Source: Lama glama (taxonomy: Eukaryota). Taken from it: 64,000 nucleotides of DNA. The notes beneath the pieces are model-generated. The model made no database searches. It was given only the letters and a program-made list of their open reading frames with translations, and was not told the DNA's origin. Made by a program: the position numbers and the translations under genes. Positions 1-12,700 of this stretch are shown here, one piece after another. The first letter of the stretch is position 1. Each line of letters starts with the position of its first letter. Location of the stretch: positions 49,478,001-49,542,000 of the forward strand of contig CM052816.1 of the NCBI GenBank assembly GCA_028534125.1, given 5' to 3'.

Positions 1-270
1 ATTCAGCTGGCCACTGATGGCTTTGAAGCAAGAAAGAGGCCACACAAGTCAAGGAGTGTGGATAGCTCCTAGAAAATGGTAAAGGCAGGATAACAGATTG
101 TCTCCAAGAACCTCCGTGAAGGAACACACTCCTGCTAACACCTCGATTTTCGTCCAGTGAAGCTCATTCATATTTTGTCTTTCAAATGGTAGGTAAGGTA
201 ATACATGTATAGTGTCTTAAGCCATTGATTTTGTGGTAATTTGTCACAGCAGCAATAGGAAACTAATACA
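1..270 (+). mobile_element. MLT1D-like ERVL-MaLR LTR, 3' half (cut by window edge)
   Basis: Ends with the MLT1 terminus ttgtggtaatttgtcacagcagcaataggaaactaataca; homologous to the complete copy at 54155-54661. Confidence 0.85.
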
Positions 271-2160
271 CTGATGCAGGAGCATCTCTCCCACTTACAT
301 AATCCCAGCCATTCCCTCTGTGTCATCATTCTTACTTTGGCATCCTGGATTTTGGGAATAATATATTTTTACATAATTTTTATGTGATTGGTTAAGATTT
401 TTAAAATACTAATAGAGTGAGTTTATCTGAATTAAAAACAAATTTAGAGGACAGTGTGTTTTAAAATATGTCGGTAAATTCATTTAAAAGACTTAATAGC
501 GGCAGTGAATTGGACTACAGTTTTCTCCCGAGTATGTTCCTTTTTCTTAATTTTAATGTGAAATTACACTTTCTAACACTTCTGTAACTTCGTTAAAAAT
601 TATCCTTAAAAGTTTTCTGTATAATTTTACAGTACTAAAATACTGTTATGCTTGGTATTGCTAGAGACAGAGGGGCCATCTGCTTAGATTTGGAAGCATG
701 CTTTTTTTCATACAGAGATCTATATATCCAGAGGATCATTTTAACAGAATTTGATAGGTGATTTTCAAGTACTTAAAAAAATAGGGGAGATGTGAACCTA
801 GAGGTAGAAGAGTGATATAAAAATTCTCAAGATAGAAATTATATAAAATGTAAAATGGAGTTCTGTACTGTTGTGTCTTGAGTGTATTTCAGTAATACAT
901 ATTTGGGGAATTGTACCAATGTAGGCCTGAGGAATTACAAAATTAATTTTATATGATAATTATCATTGATTAGCTGGACATTTAAAAATTATTTTTAGTG
1001 AACTCAGTGGCAGTTGGACACATACTCCCTTCCTTTCTGGTCTTTAAGCATTGTCACCATGGAAAGGGAAAGGGAAGAGGCCCCAACATGCCTCTGTTTC
1101 TGGTGTCGCTGTACACTCTTCCTATTTAAAGATTGGCATCTGCTCTTTCTGCCCAGCGAGGTCAAATGCAAGACTAGTCTATGCTTTGGCCTTTATTATG
1201 TATTTACTATGTTTTGGTTGACATTATTTCATTTACCTTTCACCATAGTCACAGTTGATTCATCTACAAGGTTCTTATTACACAAGTGTTTATCATATAC
1301 ATGACCAGAGTTGTAAAGATTTACAGAAAACCAACGACTTTAAGAGAAGAAAATAATAACTAGTCCAGAGATGACTAATAAAATTAGTATTTATTTTAAT
1401 AACACTCTCTGACTAACAAAGCAGTCTGAAGCAGAATATTGTTGTTTACTAACCAGTTATCAGATACAGGAAATACTGAATAATGCAAAATAGACACAAT
1501 GGTAACCCACAGCAACAGGGCTTCAAATGAAAATGATAGACATAGAATTAAGAGAAATCTCTGGGATAACTGATGACTACCTACAAAATTGTTTTTCAAA
1601 TAAGCTTCCTTGTGATTGTGCTGTCAGAGTTACCACTGAAGTGAAAAAAAAACATGTGATTATACAACTTTGGGGGAAAAGTTATCAGAAGTCCTTCCTC
1701 CCAATCAATTTTTAATTCACTGTTCTGTGCACTAGAGCAGTTACAACTTAGTTTTGATATATATAAAGTGAAATAAACTTAGTTTCATAATTTTTGGTTC
1801 AAGGTAAGTCTTAATCAGAACTATTATTTTTACTAAAATCCTAAGATATTTTTAGTACTATTTAAGTAGATGCATTTAAAATTCCTTTATCCTGGAATTA
1901 ATTATGTTTCTGTAAGAGACGTCTTGTAAACACACCTCATTTTATCATTTGTAATTTTAGATCATTTGTGATTTTTCGATGAGAAAACCACAGCTTGATG
2001 AGTTTAAGTTATCTACACAAGATCACACATGAAATAAGTCTTCAGAGATCAGACTCTTCCCCACAACTTGCCTCTTGGTCAGTGTTCATACTGACTGGGA
2101 GATGCCAGTGTAGCCATACTAGTTGGTTTACATAGAACTTTCTCTTTGATTAGTTAGAAT

Positions 2161-3493
<1,333 letters not shown>

Positions 3494-3899
3494 GCCACAA
3501 CTGTTCTGATTGGTTGGTGTTCATGACTTACCAGTTGTTAAATACGTTGACTATCACCCTTGACTCTACTGCCTCGAAGAAATGCTTTTCCCAAGTAGGC
3601 CTGCTACAGAAACTCCTGGTCCTGCACTATACCCATCCTATCTTTGTACAGCCATTAGGGAAACAAATCTAACCTACCCTCTTTGGTGGTGGGAGGTAAG
3701 GGGTGAATTTTCTTTAGACTTACCTCTTATCCACATGCCGTGGTTTTATACACTTCACTGAATGATTGACTATTTTAATTGGAAGGAATCTTGGAGAGCA
3801 TTCTAGTTCACATCCTCATTTTGTAGATAAGGGAATTTACATTTAATAATTGATAAATGTTAAATGTAACTGAGGTTCAGTATGAAGTAAACAGTATAT

Positions 3900-4060
3900 A
3901 GTTTATTCCTAACAACAGCTCTATGAGGTTAGTATTATCTCCAGGTGACAGATGAGGAAAATGAGAGCTTCAGTAACTTTCCCAGGGTCACCCAGCTCAT
4001 CATCAGTAAGACAAAACATGAGCCCTGCCAGAGTTTTAGGACTGAAGGTCTAGTTCATTG
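3900..4060 (-). mobile_element. MIR SINE
   Basis: acagatgaggaaaatgagagcttcagtaactttcccagggtcacccagct matches the reverse MIR core. Confidence 0.7.
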
Positions 4061-4439
4061 CTTGCTTGCACTGTTAGCCACAGAGATAAAAAACAGGCAT
4101 CTTGGGTTACTCAAGTTTATACAGCAAATTAGGAACATACCTAGGACCAGAACACAGTGTCAACAAGACATCTTAAAATAATGCCAAAAAATTGTAGATA
4201 AATTTTGAATCAGATAATACTGCAGAACAAGAATGATGCTGCAAATTTATTGTCCTAAACAATCCTAAGAAGAGTCAAAATAGTTTAAAATGTGTAAATA
4301 GCACTAATAAGAACATACAGTTTCCCAGAACTGCCTGTCATTGCTGACTTACGAACATTTTTTTTTAACACCCCAATGAGCTAGTTTAAAGGATGAAAAA
4401 GGATAGTGGTGGGGGGCACTGCTGTAGCTGAAAAAAGCT

Positions 4440-4725
4440 GTTGCTATTGCTCTGTTACTCAGTACAGTAGTGTTTGGTCACACATGACTGTTGAGTATGT
4501 GGCTAGTCAGAATTGACATGTGCAATGAATGTAAAACACATACTGGATTTCAAAGACTTGGCAAAAAAAATGTAAATTATCTCATTTAATTTTTATATTG
4601 GTTATATGTTCACGTGATAATTCATTTTATTGAAATTAATTTTGTGTCTTTTTTTTTAACGTGGCTATCAGAAAATTTAAAATTGCATATGTAGCTTGCT
4701 TTATATTTCTATTGAACAGTTTTGG
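4440..4725. mobile_element. MER33-like hAT-Charlie element
   Basis: gtggctagtcagaattgacatgtgc...tgtaaaacacatactggatttcaaagactt...gtggctatcagaaaatttaaaattgcatatgtagc. Confidence 0.75.
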
Positions 4726-5059
4726 GCTCAAATAAAAGATAAAGGTGAATATTTAAATCAGAAGTGGGATATCTGCCCACGAAGTACTTTTGTGAGTTTA
4801 AATGATACATAGTATGGCTGCCCTTTAAAGACAGTTCTGGCTAACTAGAATTTTGAAAGCTAGATGATAACATGCTATTATTTTAATAGTATTATTTTTG
4901 TTCTTTCAAGACTAAATCTTATCTCTGTGGCTTGCCAGGTGGTTGGCCTTTGGTTTAAGTATGTACAAGCTTGAGAGGTTTAAATATATGCACAATTGTC
5001 CTAAATCTTTTAAGTGGATGTAAAGCCAAACTTATTCAGGTGCTCATTTACTTCAACAG

Positions 5060-5900
5060 GACATTCATCTACAGAGACTAATAGATGTATCAAGAATACT
5101 CAGCTTTACTTGTAAGTAAATAAGTACAAATTAGAATGGTATGATACACTCTTTGCCACCTGTCAGCAAAGCAAAAATGAGAAGTTCAATTAATATCTAA
5201 TATCCTGGTCGTGGATTGCTGGAGAGAGTATAAATTGGTTCAGATTTTCTCATGGGAAATTTGTCAGTAGATGTAAGAGTTTAAGGAATTTAATATAATA
5301 ACTAAAGGTGAGGCATAATATTGAGAGAGAAATAACCATTAATCACATAATATTGAGAGAGAAATACACTAAGGTAACTTACTACAATGAGTAAGAGCAC
5401 AAATGCTAGAGCTAGTCTGCCTGAGTTTGACATCAAGATCTTCCACTTATTACTTGTGTTAACATTAAGTTATGTACTGAGCTCTCTGTGCCTCTGTTTC
5501 CTCATCTGAAAAATTGAAACACGAATAAGAACTGACTCACAGAGCTGTTTTGAGGATTAAGTTAATATTGTTAGAGATTTTGGAACAGTGCCTGGCACAC
5601 AATCAATTACATATACATTCTTAAGTTCATTAAAAAGTACTTGCTAAGACATATGTGCATATAAAAATCTCTGATATCGCATATGATGCAAAATTGGAAA
5701 ATCAGAAATTAAATAAATGGTATATCCATGCTATAAAATGATGTGCAGTCATTAAAATGATACGAGCTCTATTTATTGACATGACAGAGCATTGATGCTA
5801 TTCATTTGATGACACAATGTGCAATAGTCTATTTTGTGTATACTCATAGGGAAATGACTGGAAACATGAACATGATTCCTTTGAAAATAGAATTTTGCTT
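5060..5900 (+). mobile_element. Old L1 (L1ME-like) 3' fragments interrupted by a MIR
   Basis: agtataaattggttcag, tggtatatccatgctataaaatgatgtgcagtcattaaaa resemble L1M 3' sequence; heavily decayed. Confidence 0.5.
5380..5610 (+). mobile_element. MIR SINE, near full length
   Basis: ctctctgtgcctctgtttcctcatctgaaaa core and gaacagtgcctggcaca tail. Confidence 0.85.
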
Positions 5901-7035
5901 TACACGATGTTTTTTTTTTTAATTATCCTGAATTTTTAAATTTAAGTTCAGATTTCAATTCAAGGTGATGTCCCAAAACATTGGTTCTTTTCTTTAATAA
6001 TGAACTATATACTTTTGAATCAGCAAATGTTAAGTGCATTACTGCTGTTACTTCCCTTTTAGGATGAGAGAGTTGGTTGATCTACTAACTAGATCACTAC
6101 ATTCCAACACACTCTGACAAGTAGCCTCAGGAGGAAGAAACAAACTGCTTCAGGTCAAGCAGGGTCAGGGAACACAGGTGGAAGGGCTATCACTAATTAG
6201 ACTCCTCTGGACCTTGAGTTTTCCACAACACAGGCTTCAGAGACGTCTGGTACACTGTTGGTTCAAGACCTGTGCTTGGGAAAGCAAGCCGTTATTCTTT
6301 ATAAATAACAGCAGTAGTAGACCATGTTTCTAAATTTGGCAATAGAAGTTAGTAAGAATATTATTTATCTCTTTAAGAAGGCTGCTATATTAGTAAAGAG
6401 AAGAGATGAGGGAGCTATATCTTAGGTGAAATTTTAAACTGTAATATACAAGAGTTATTCAGATTATGGACTGGGGCTATGACTTGTCATAAGTAAAATT
6501 GTATTTATTAAAGTAATGATTGAATAATTTTCATAGTCTAAGAGGTAATGAAATAGGATTTTTACTTAATGAAACAAAAGGTATTGCAAGTGTAAATTGC
6601 TAATAAACACTAGCTAGAAACATGAATTTTGTGACCATTGAGGTGATACTTGAAACATTTTGAAAAAATTAGGATTCTTATATCTTCAGTAACATTGAGG
6701 ACTTTCTTTGTGTTGTGAGTTTTCTGGATGCCCGAGTCAGAGAGAAAAACTTAGCACATTGGAAATCATTAATAGGTTTCAATTTATGCATCTTTAATCC
6801 AACTAGCCACGTACCATCCTAGATTCACAATTTCCTTTGTGGATAGTTTTTGTTTGATTTGATTTGGTTTGATTTTGCCACAGAAGAACACAGAACATCA
6901 AAAAGGAAAATCAGGTGAGACGCTTTAGATAAAACCAAAGAGAGAATCACTGAAGTTTTTTGAATAAGGAAGTTTGATAAAATAGGTATTTTTTTAGAAT
7001 ACTGCACAGGAAAGGTGGAAAGGAGAAAGACAAGA

Positions 7036-7448
7036 TGTGGGGAGCAGATGCTGTCAGTGCCCCACCTGCATTCTGCATCCTTCAGGCCCTGCCCTTTTGG
7101 GTACTCAGGATGATGTCCAGTGGCTGTACCATTTCTAGGCCTAAAAACTTTTTCTGGAACAGATAGAGTGGACATGAGGAGGAATTAACACCTCTGTGGA
7201 TCAGTCCTCAAGCAATAGTTGTGGGGAGTTGATAGCCTGGATCTCTTCACCAAAAGGTATACATCTCTGAAGTATTTTCCACCTTTTCCTCATAGAATTA
7301 GGCCCAGGTCACCCTCTGCAATAGTGTAGTAAGAGCTCTTTACTGGCTGCCTCTCCTTCCGTGAATCATTTCCCACTCCCTTACCGTTGCTTCCTGGGCT
7401 TGGACCTAGTGTCAGGATTTACCTCTGGCGATAGTGAATGAGATAACA
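7036..7448 (+). mobile_element. LTR16-like ERVL solo LTR
   Basis: Starts TG..gcagatgctgtcagtgcccc; internal ggaattaacacc and tttactggctgcctctccttcc..catttcccactcccttac motifs. Confidence 0.7.
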
Positions 7449-8344
7449 GCATGCAGGCAAGAGACAAGAAAGGTCTTTATCTTTTTCATTCAAAATGGCA
7501 GTCCAGCATTCCAAGTCTTTACAATATAGATGCAAGCAAATATTCTAAATGTATCTTATAAGGAAGAGTAATTCAATTAAGTGGATATTGACTCCTTTCA
7601 GCATGGAAGAAACTACAGTAGCCCTGCAAGGGCTAAAACTAGTGAAACTCACTTATCTACCTCAAGGAAACTGCAGTTTAATATTGGGGGAGAAAGCAAA
7701 TGTAAAGATGATTATAAGATAGACTAGTACAATATGTGACTTCAAATTAAATAATTATTCCTACTAGTTTTAGATCTTAATGCTTACTGAATATTTTCTC
7801 CAAAATTAACCTTAATTTAACCCTCTCTTTAGAAGCTAATAGATTGTATCTGGAATAAAGGCAAAATATGGTTATATTTATTTAGGGAAAAAAGATCAAT
7901 AGGAAAGTCACTTGCACTTAGTTTTACTTACTATAATTAATGATGTGAGCACAGTGCATTATAACAATAAAGGCAAACATTACTGGAAATGTCAATTAGC
8001 TATTCCCAAATGGGGCATAACATTGCTTTCCTCTTACTCAGTTTGTGTCCTCTGCTTCATGATACAAGATCTGTAAATTATTTACAGCAGTATGAGATGA
8101 GTTTTCCGATAAGACAGCAGATAAAAATAGAGTTTTGTATTTGATGAGATCTGAGTAAATTCAGTTTTACTATTTTTCTTCCATTCATATATATCTAATG
8201 CTGCCTAGGACATACCTGTGGACAAAAGGACACTATGTTACAATGTCTGACCTCCTAGATACACATAAAAGAAGCCAAGGCTCACCTCTGCAGCTGATGT
8301 CCAGAGCTAGTCTTAGAAGCCTTAAGATACTGTTATTTCTCAAT

Positions 8345-8811
8345 GTCTTTTCGTCAGTACTTCTTGTGTGGAAAAGACAGAAAACAGACTTAAACCAGAG
8401 AATGCATTGTCTCATGTAATTGAAATGTTCTGTCCTCAGACACAGCTGGATCCAGGATTTTAATGCCATCAGGACTTAGTCTCAGTACATCCCTTGGTTC
8501 TGTGTTGGTTTCATTGTCAGACAGGCATACCCCATATGAAAGCGAGATAGTTAGCAGTGGCTCTAAATATACAGCTTACTAGTTTCAAACCTAGTAGAAA
8601 AGGAATAAGCTCTATCTCTGAAGACTTTCACAAAAGTCCTGCAGTAAGTATCACTGGCTCTGATGTCCTCATTGCTTCATCTCTGAGTGACTCTAATAGT
8701 CACTTAGAACATGGAGACTAGCAAAGAGGGGAGTTTCCCAGGGAATATCAGGGAGCTATTAACAGGATACAAGGAATAGACGTCATAGACAAAACCAGAA
8801 ATGTCCACTAT
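8345..8811 (-). mobile_element. MLT1J/K-like MaLR LTR
   Basis: gacagaaaacagacttaaac..cagacacagctggatccagg..; ends aaatgtccactata. Confidence 0.65.
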
Positions 8812-8901
8812 ACTCACCTACTTAAGGGAAATACTCTGGGAAATACCAGGATAAGCAAAAAATTAAATTGGCAAGATCAGTAGTTCAGAGACACAGAGCA
8901 G

Positions 8902-9140
8902 CAAGGATCAATCATTTATAGTCCTCAGACTAAATCAGCAACAGCAATCCCACCCCCCACCAAATCTGTTTCTGTAAATAAAGTTTTATAGGAACAGAGG
9001 CAAACCTATTGGTTTATATATTGTCTCTGGCTGTTTCTACACAAAAGCAGTGGAGTTGAGTAATATCTGCAGAGATAGTATGACCTGCAAGCCTAAAATA
9101 TTCGTGTCTCGCCTTTTATAGAAAAAGTTTTGTGACCTTG
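8902..9140 (+). mobile_element. MER58A hAT-Charlie MITE
   Basis: gtaaataaagttttataggaacag..gcctaaaatatt..cttttatagaaaaagttt..gaccttg. Confidence 0.85.
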
Positions 9141-9700
9141 AAATAAAGATTTAAGAGAAAGGAATAGTATGAAGTTGCTACAATTAATAGAGTAAATAAA
9201 ATTTGTAGAAACATCAGTTTTTAAAATAGACATTGGTGCTTTCTGAACCTGTTCCAATAGACAGTTTTCTAAAATCATCTGCTTCAGTGGTTTAGGAAAC
9301 ATTGCTGTAGTTGCATAGGAATCTGCTGAGTGAGATTTCCCCATACATTTTAGGTTATTCAGTATGTACCTATTTTTAGAGGTTTTGAGCCAGCCTTTAC
9401 TACCTTGAAATTTATTTTTTTTGGACTTGCATATGACTGCATTTCATTTTCAGGAAATTTTGAAAAATGCTTGGTTAATTTTATGTGTGTGTGTTTCTGT
9501 GTATGTCTCTGTACATATAGATGATGCATAAAGATTTTTATATGGCCTCTGTTCATCCATCCATATAAATTAATAATGGAACCTAAACACATCATCCCTT
9601 TCTGTACCACTGTAAGTCCTTACTGATTAGGGAGCAATTAACAGTGTTGTGCTCGTTTGTATAAAGTGGACAATCTTTGGAAGATGCTCAGATTATAGGT

Positions 9701-12700
9701 TTTTTTTTAAGTTTTATTTTTATCTTTCTGCTTATTTAACTTTTTAATGAAAGATTCTTTAAATTCTATAGTGCTTTGTAATCTTCAGAAGTTTCATGTT
9801 TCACACACATGATTTCATATAATTTCATAATAACCCTTTTCTCCCATCCCTTCATCGCCCCTTCTCCCTCCCTCTTCCCACTGGTAACCACTAGTGTGTT
9901 GTCTTTATCCCGGTCTACCTCTTTATCGCTTTATCCACTAGTCTGTTGTATTTTTTAGATTCCATGTATAAGTGATATTGTGCAGTATTTGTCTTTCTGT
10001 CCGACTTATTTCAGTTAGCACAGTGCCCTCCCAATACATCATGTTGTTGTTTGCAAATGGCAAAATTTCATTCTTTTTATGGTTAACTAGTAGTCCATTG
10101 TAGACAGATTCTACTTCTTTATCAATTCATCTGTTGATGGACACTTAGGTTGCTTCCATATCTTGGCAATTATAAATAATTCTGGTATAAATATTTTGGT
10201 GCATGTATCTTTTCAAATTAGTGTTTCTGGGTTTTTTTGGATATATACTCAGGAGGGTAATTGCTGGACCATATGGTAGTTCTACTATTCATTTTTTGAG
10301 AAACTGCCATACCACTTTCCACACTCATTTACATTCCCATCAGCTGTGTATGAGGATTCTTTCCTCTGAGTCCTCCCCAACATTTGTTATTTGTGTTCTT
10401 TTTGATGATAGCCATTCTGACAGGTGTCAGGTGATATCTCATTGCAGGTTTGATTTGCATGTCCCTGATAATTAGAGATTTTGAGCATTTTTTCACATGC
10501 CAGTTGTCCATCTGCATTTCTTCTTTGGAAAAATGTCTATTCAGTTCTTCTGACCATTTTTTAATTGGTTGTGTGTGTTTTTTTTTATGCTGATGTATAT
10601 GAGCTGTTTATATACATTGGATATTAACCCCTTACCAGTCATATCATTTGCAAATATTTTCTCCCATTCAGTATGTTGTCGTCTCATTTTGTCAGTGGTT
10701 TCCTTTGCTATGCAAAAGCTTTCAAATTTAATTAAATCTTTTTTGTTTATTTTTGCTTTTATTTCCTTTAGTTTAGGATACGAATCCAAAAACTATTGCT
10801 GCAATTTGTCACAGAAAGTTCTGCCTGTTTTCATCTAGGAATTTTAGAGTATCTGGTCTTACATTTAGGTCTTTCATCCATTTTGACTTTATTTTTTGGT
10901 ATTTGTTAGGGAATGTTTGAATTTCATTGTTTTAAATTTAACTGTCTAGCACCATTTGTTGAAGGAATTGTCTTTTCTCCATTGCATCTTCTTGCCTCCT
11001 TTGTCATAGGTTAATTGAACATAAGTGTGTGGGTTTATTTCTGGACTCTCCATTCTGTTGCACTGATCTGAGTGTCTGTTTTTGTGCCACTATCATGCTC
11101 TTTTGATGAATGTAGCTTTGTAGTAAAGCCTGAGGTCAGGGAGTATGATTCCTCCAACTCTATTCTTCTATCTCAAGATTATTTTGGCTATTCTGCATCT
11201 TTTGTGTTTCCATACAAATTTTGAAATTATTTGTTCTAGTTCTGTGAAAAATGGCCTTGGTAATTTGATAAGTATTGCACTGAATCTGTAGATTGCCTTG
11301 GGTAGTGCAGTCATTTTAACAATATTAATTCTTCCAATCCAGAACATGGTATATCTTTCTACATGCTTTTGCTGTATTCAACTTATTTTAGCATTGTCTC
11401 ATAGTTTTATGAGTACAGGTCTTTTATCTCATTAGTTAGATTTATTCCTAGGTATTTTATTCTTTTTTATGCAATGGTAAATAGGGTTGTTTCTTTAATT
11501 TCTCTTTCTCCTACTTCATTGTTAGCCTATAGAAATGCAACATATTTCTATATATTAATTTTGTACCCTGAAATCTACTGAATTCATTGATGAGCTGTAG
11601 TAGTTTTCTGGAGGCATCTTTAGATGCCTTTTATTTCTTTTTCTTCTCTGATTGCTGTGGCTAGGACTTCCAAAATTATGTTGAAAAAAGTGGCAAGAGT
11701 GGACATCCTTGTCACATTCCTGATCTTAGAGGAATTCTTTCATCTTTTCACCATTGAGTATGATGTTAGCAGTGGATTGGTCATATTTGGTCTTTATTAT
11801 ATTGAGGTTTGTTCCCTCTATGCCCACTTGCTGGAGAATTTTATTGTAAATGGATGTTGAGCTTTATATAAAGCTTTTTCTGCATCTACTGAGATGATCT
11901 TGTGGTTTTTATTCTTCAGTTTGTTAATGTGGTATATCACATTGATTGATTTGCAGATACTGAAAAATTCTTGCTTCCTGGGGATAAATCCTATTTGATT
12001 ATGTTGTGTGATCCTTTTAATGTGTTGTATTTCGATGGCAAATATTTTGTTAGGGTTTTTTCATCTATGTTCATCAGTGATTTTGGCATGTAATTTTCTT
12101 TGTGATATCTTTGTCTGGTTTTGATATCGGGGTGTTGCTAGCCTCATAGAATGAGTTTAGAAGTGTCCCTTACTCTTTAATTTTTTGGAATAGTTTGAGA
12201 CTAAGTGTTAAAGCTCTTCTGTAAATGTGTGGTAGAATTCACCAATGAAGCCATCTAATCCTGGATTTTTCTTTGTTGGGTATTTTTAAATTACTGATGC
12301 ATTATGATAATTGGTCTGTTCATGTTTTCTGTTTCTTCTTGGTTCTGCCTTGGAAGATTGTAACTTTCTAAGAAATTGCCCTTTTTTTTTTAGGTTGTCC
12401 ATTTTATTGATGTATAGTTTTCATAGTAGTCTCTTATGATCCCCTGTATTTCTGTGGTGTTGGTTGTAACTTTTCCTTTGTCCTTTCTGATTTTATTGAT
12501 TTGAGCCCACTCCCTTTTTTTTCTTGATGAATCTGACTAGAGGCTTATCAATTTTGTTTATCTTTCAAAGCATCAACTTTTAGTTTCATTGATCTTTTCT
12601 ATTTTTTTTTAGTCTCTATTTCATTTATTTTTGCTCTGATTTTTATAATTTCTTTCCTTCAACTAAGTTTGGGTTTTGTTTGTTCTTCTTTCTCTAGTTG

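Noticed and set aside
1736..1809. Perfect donor AAG|gtaagt with an upstream acceptor
   Set aside because: The intervening 63-68 nt is extremely AT-rich with stops in all frames; most likely a pseudo-exon
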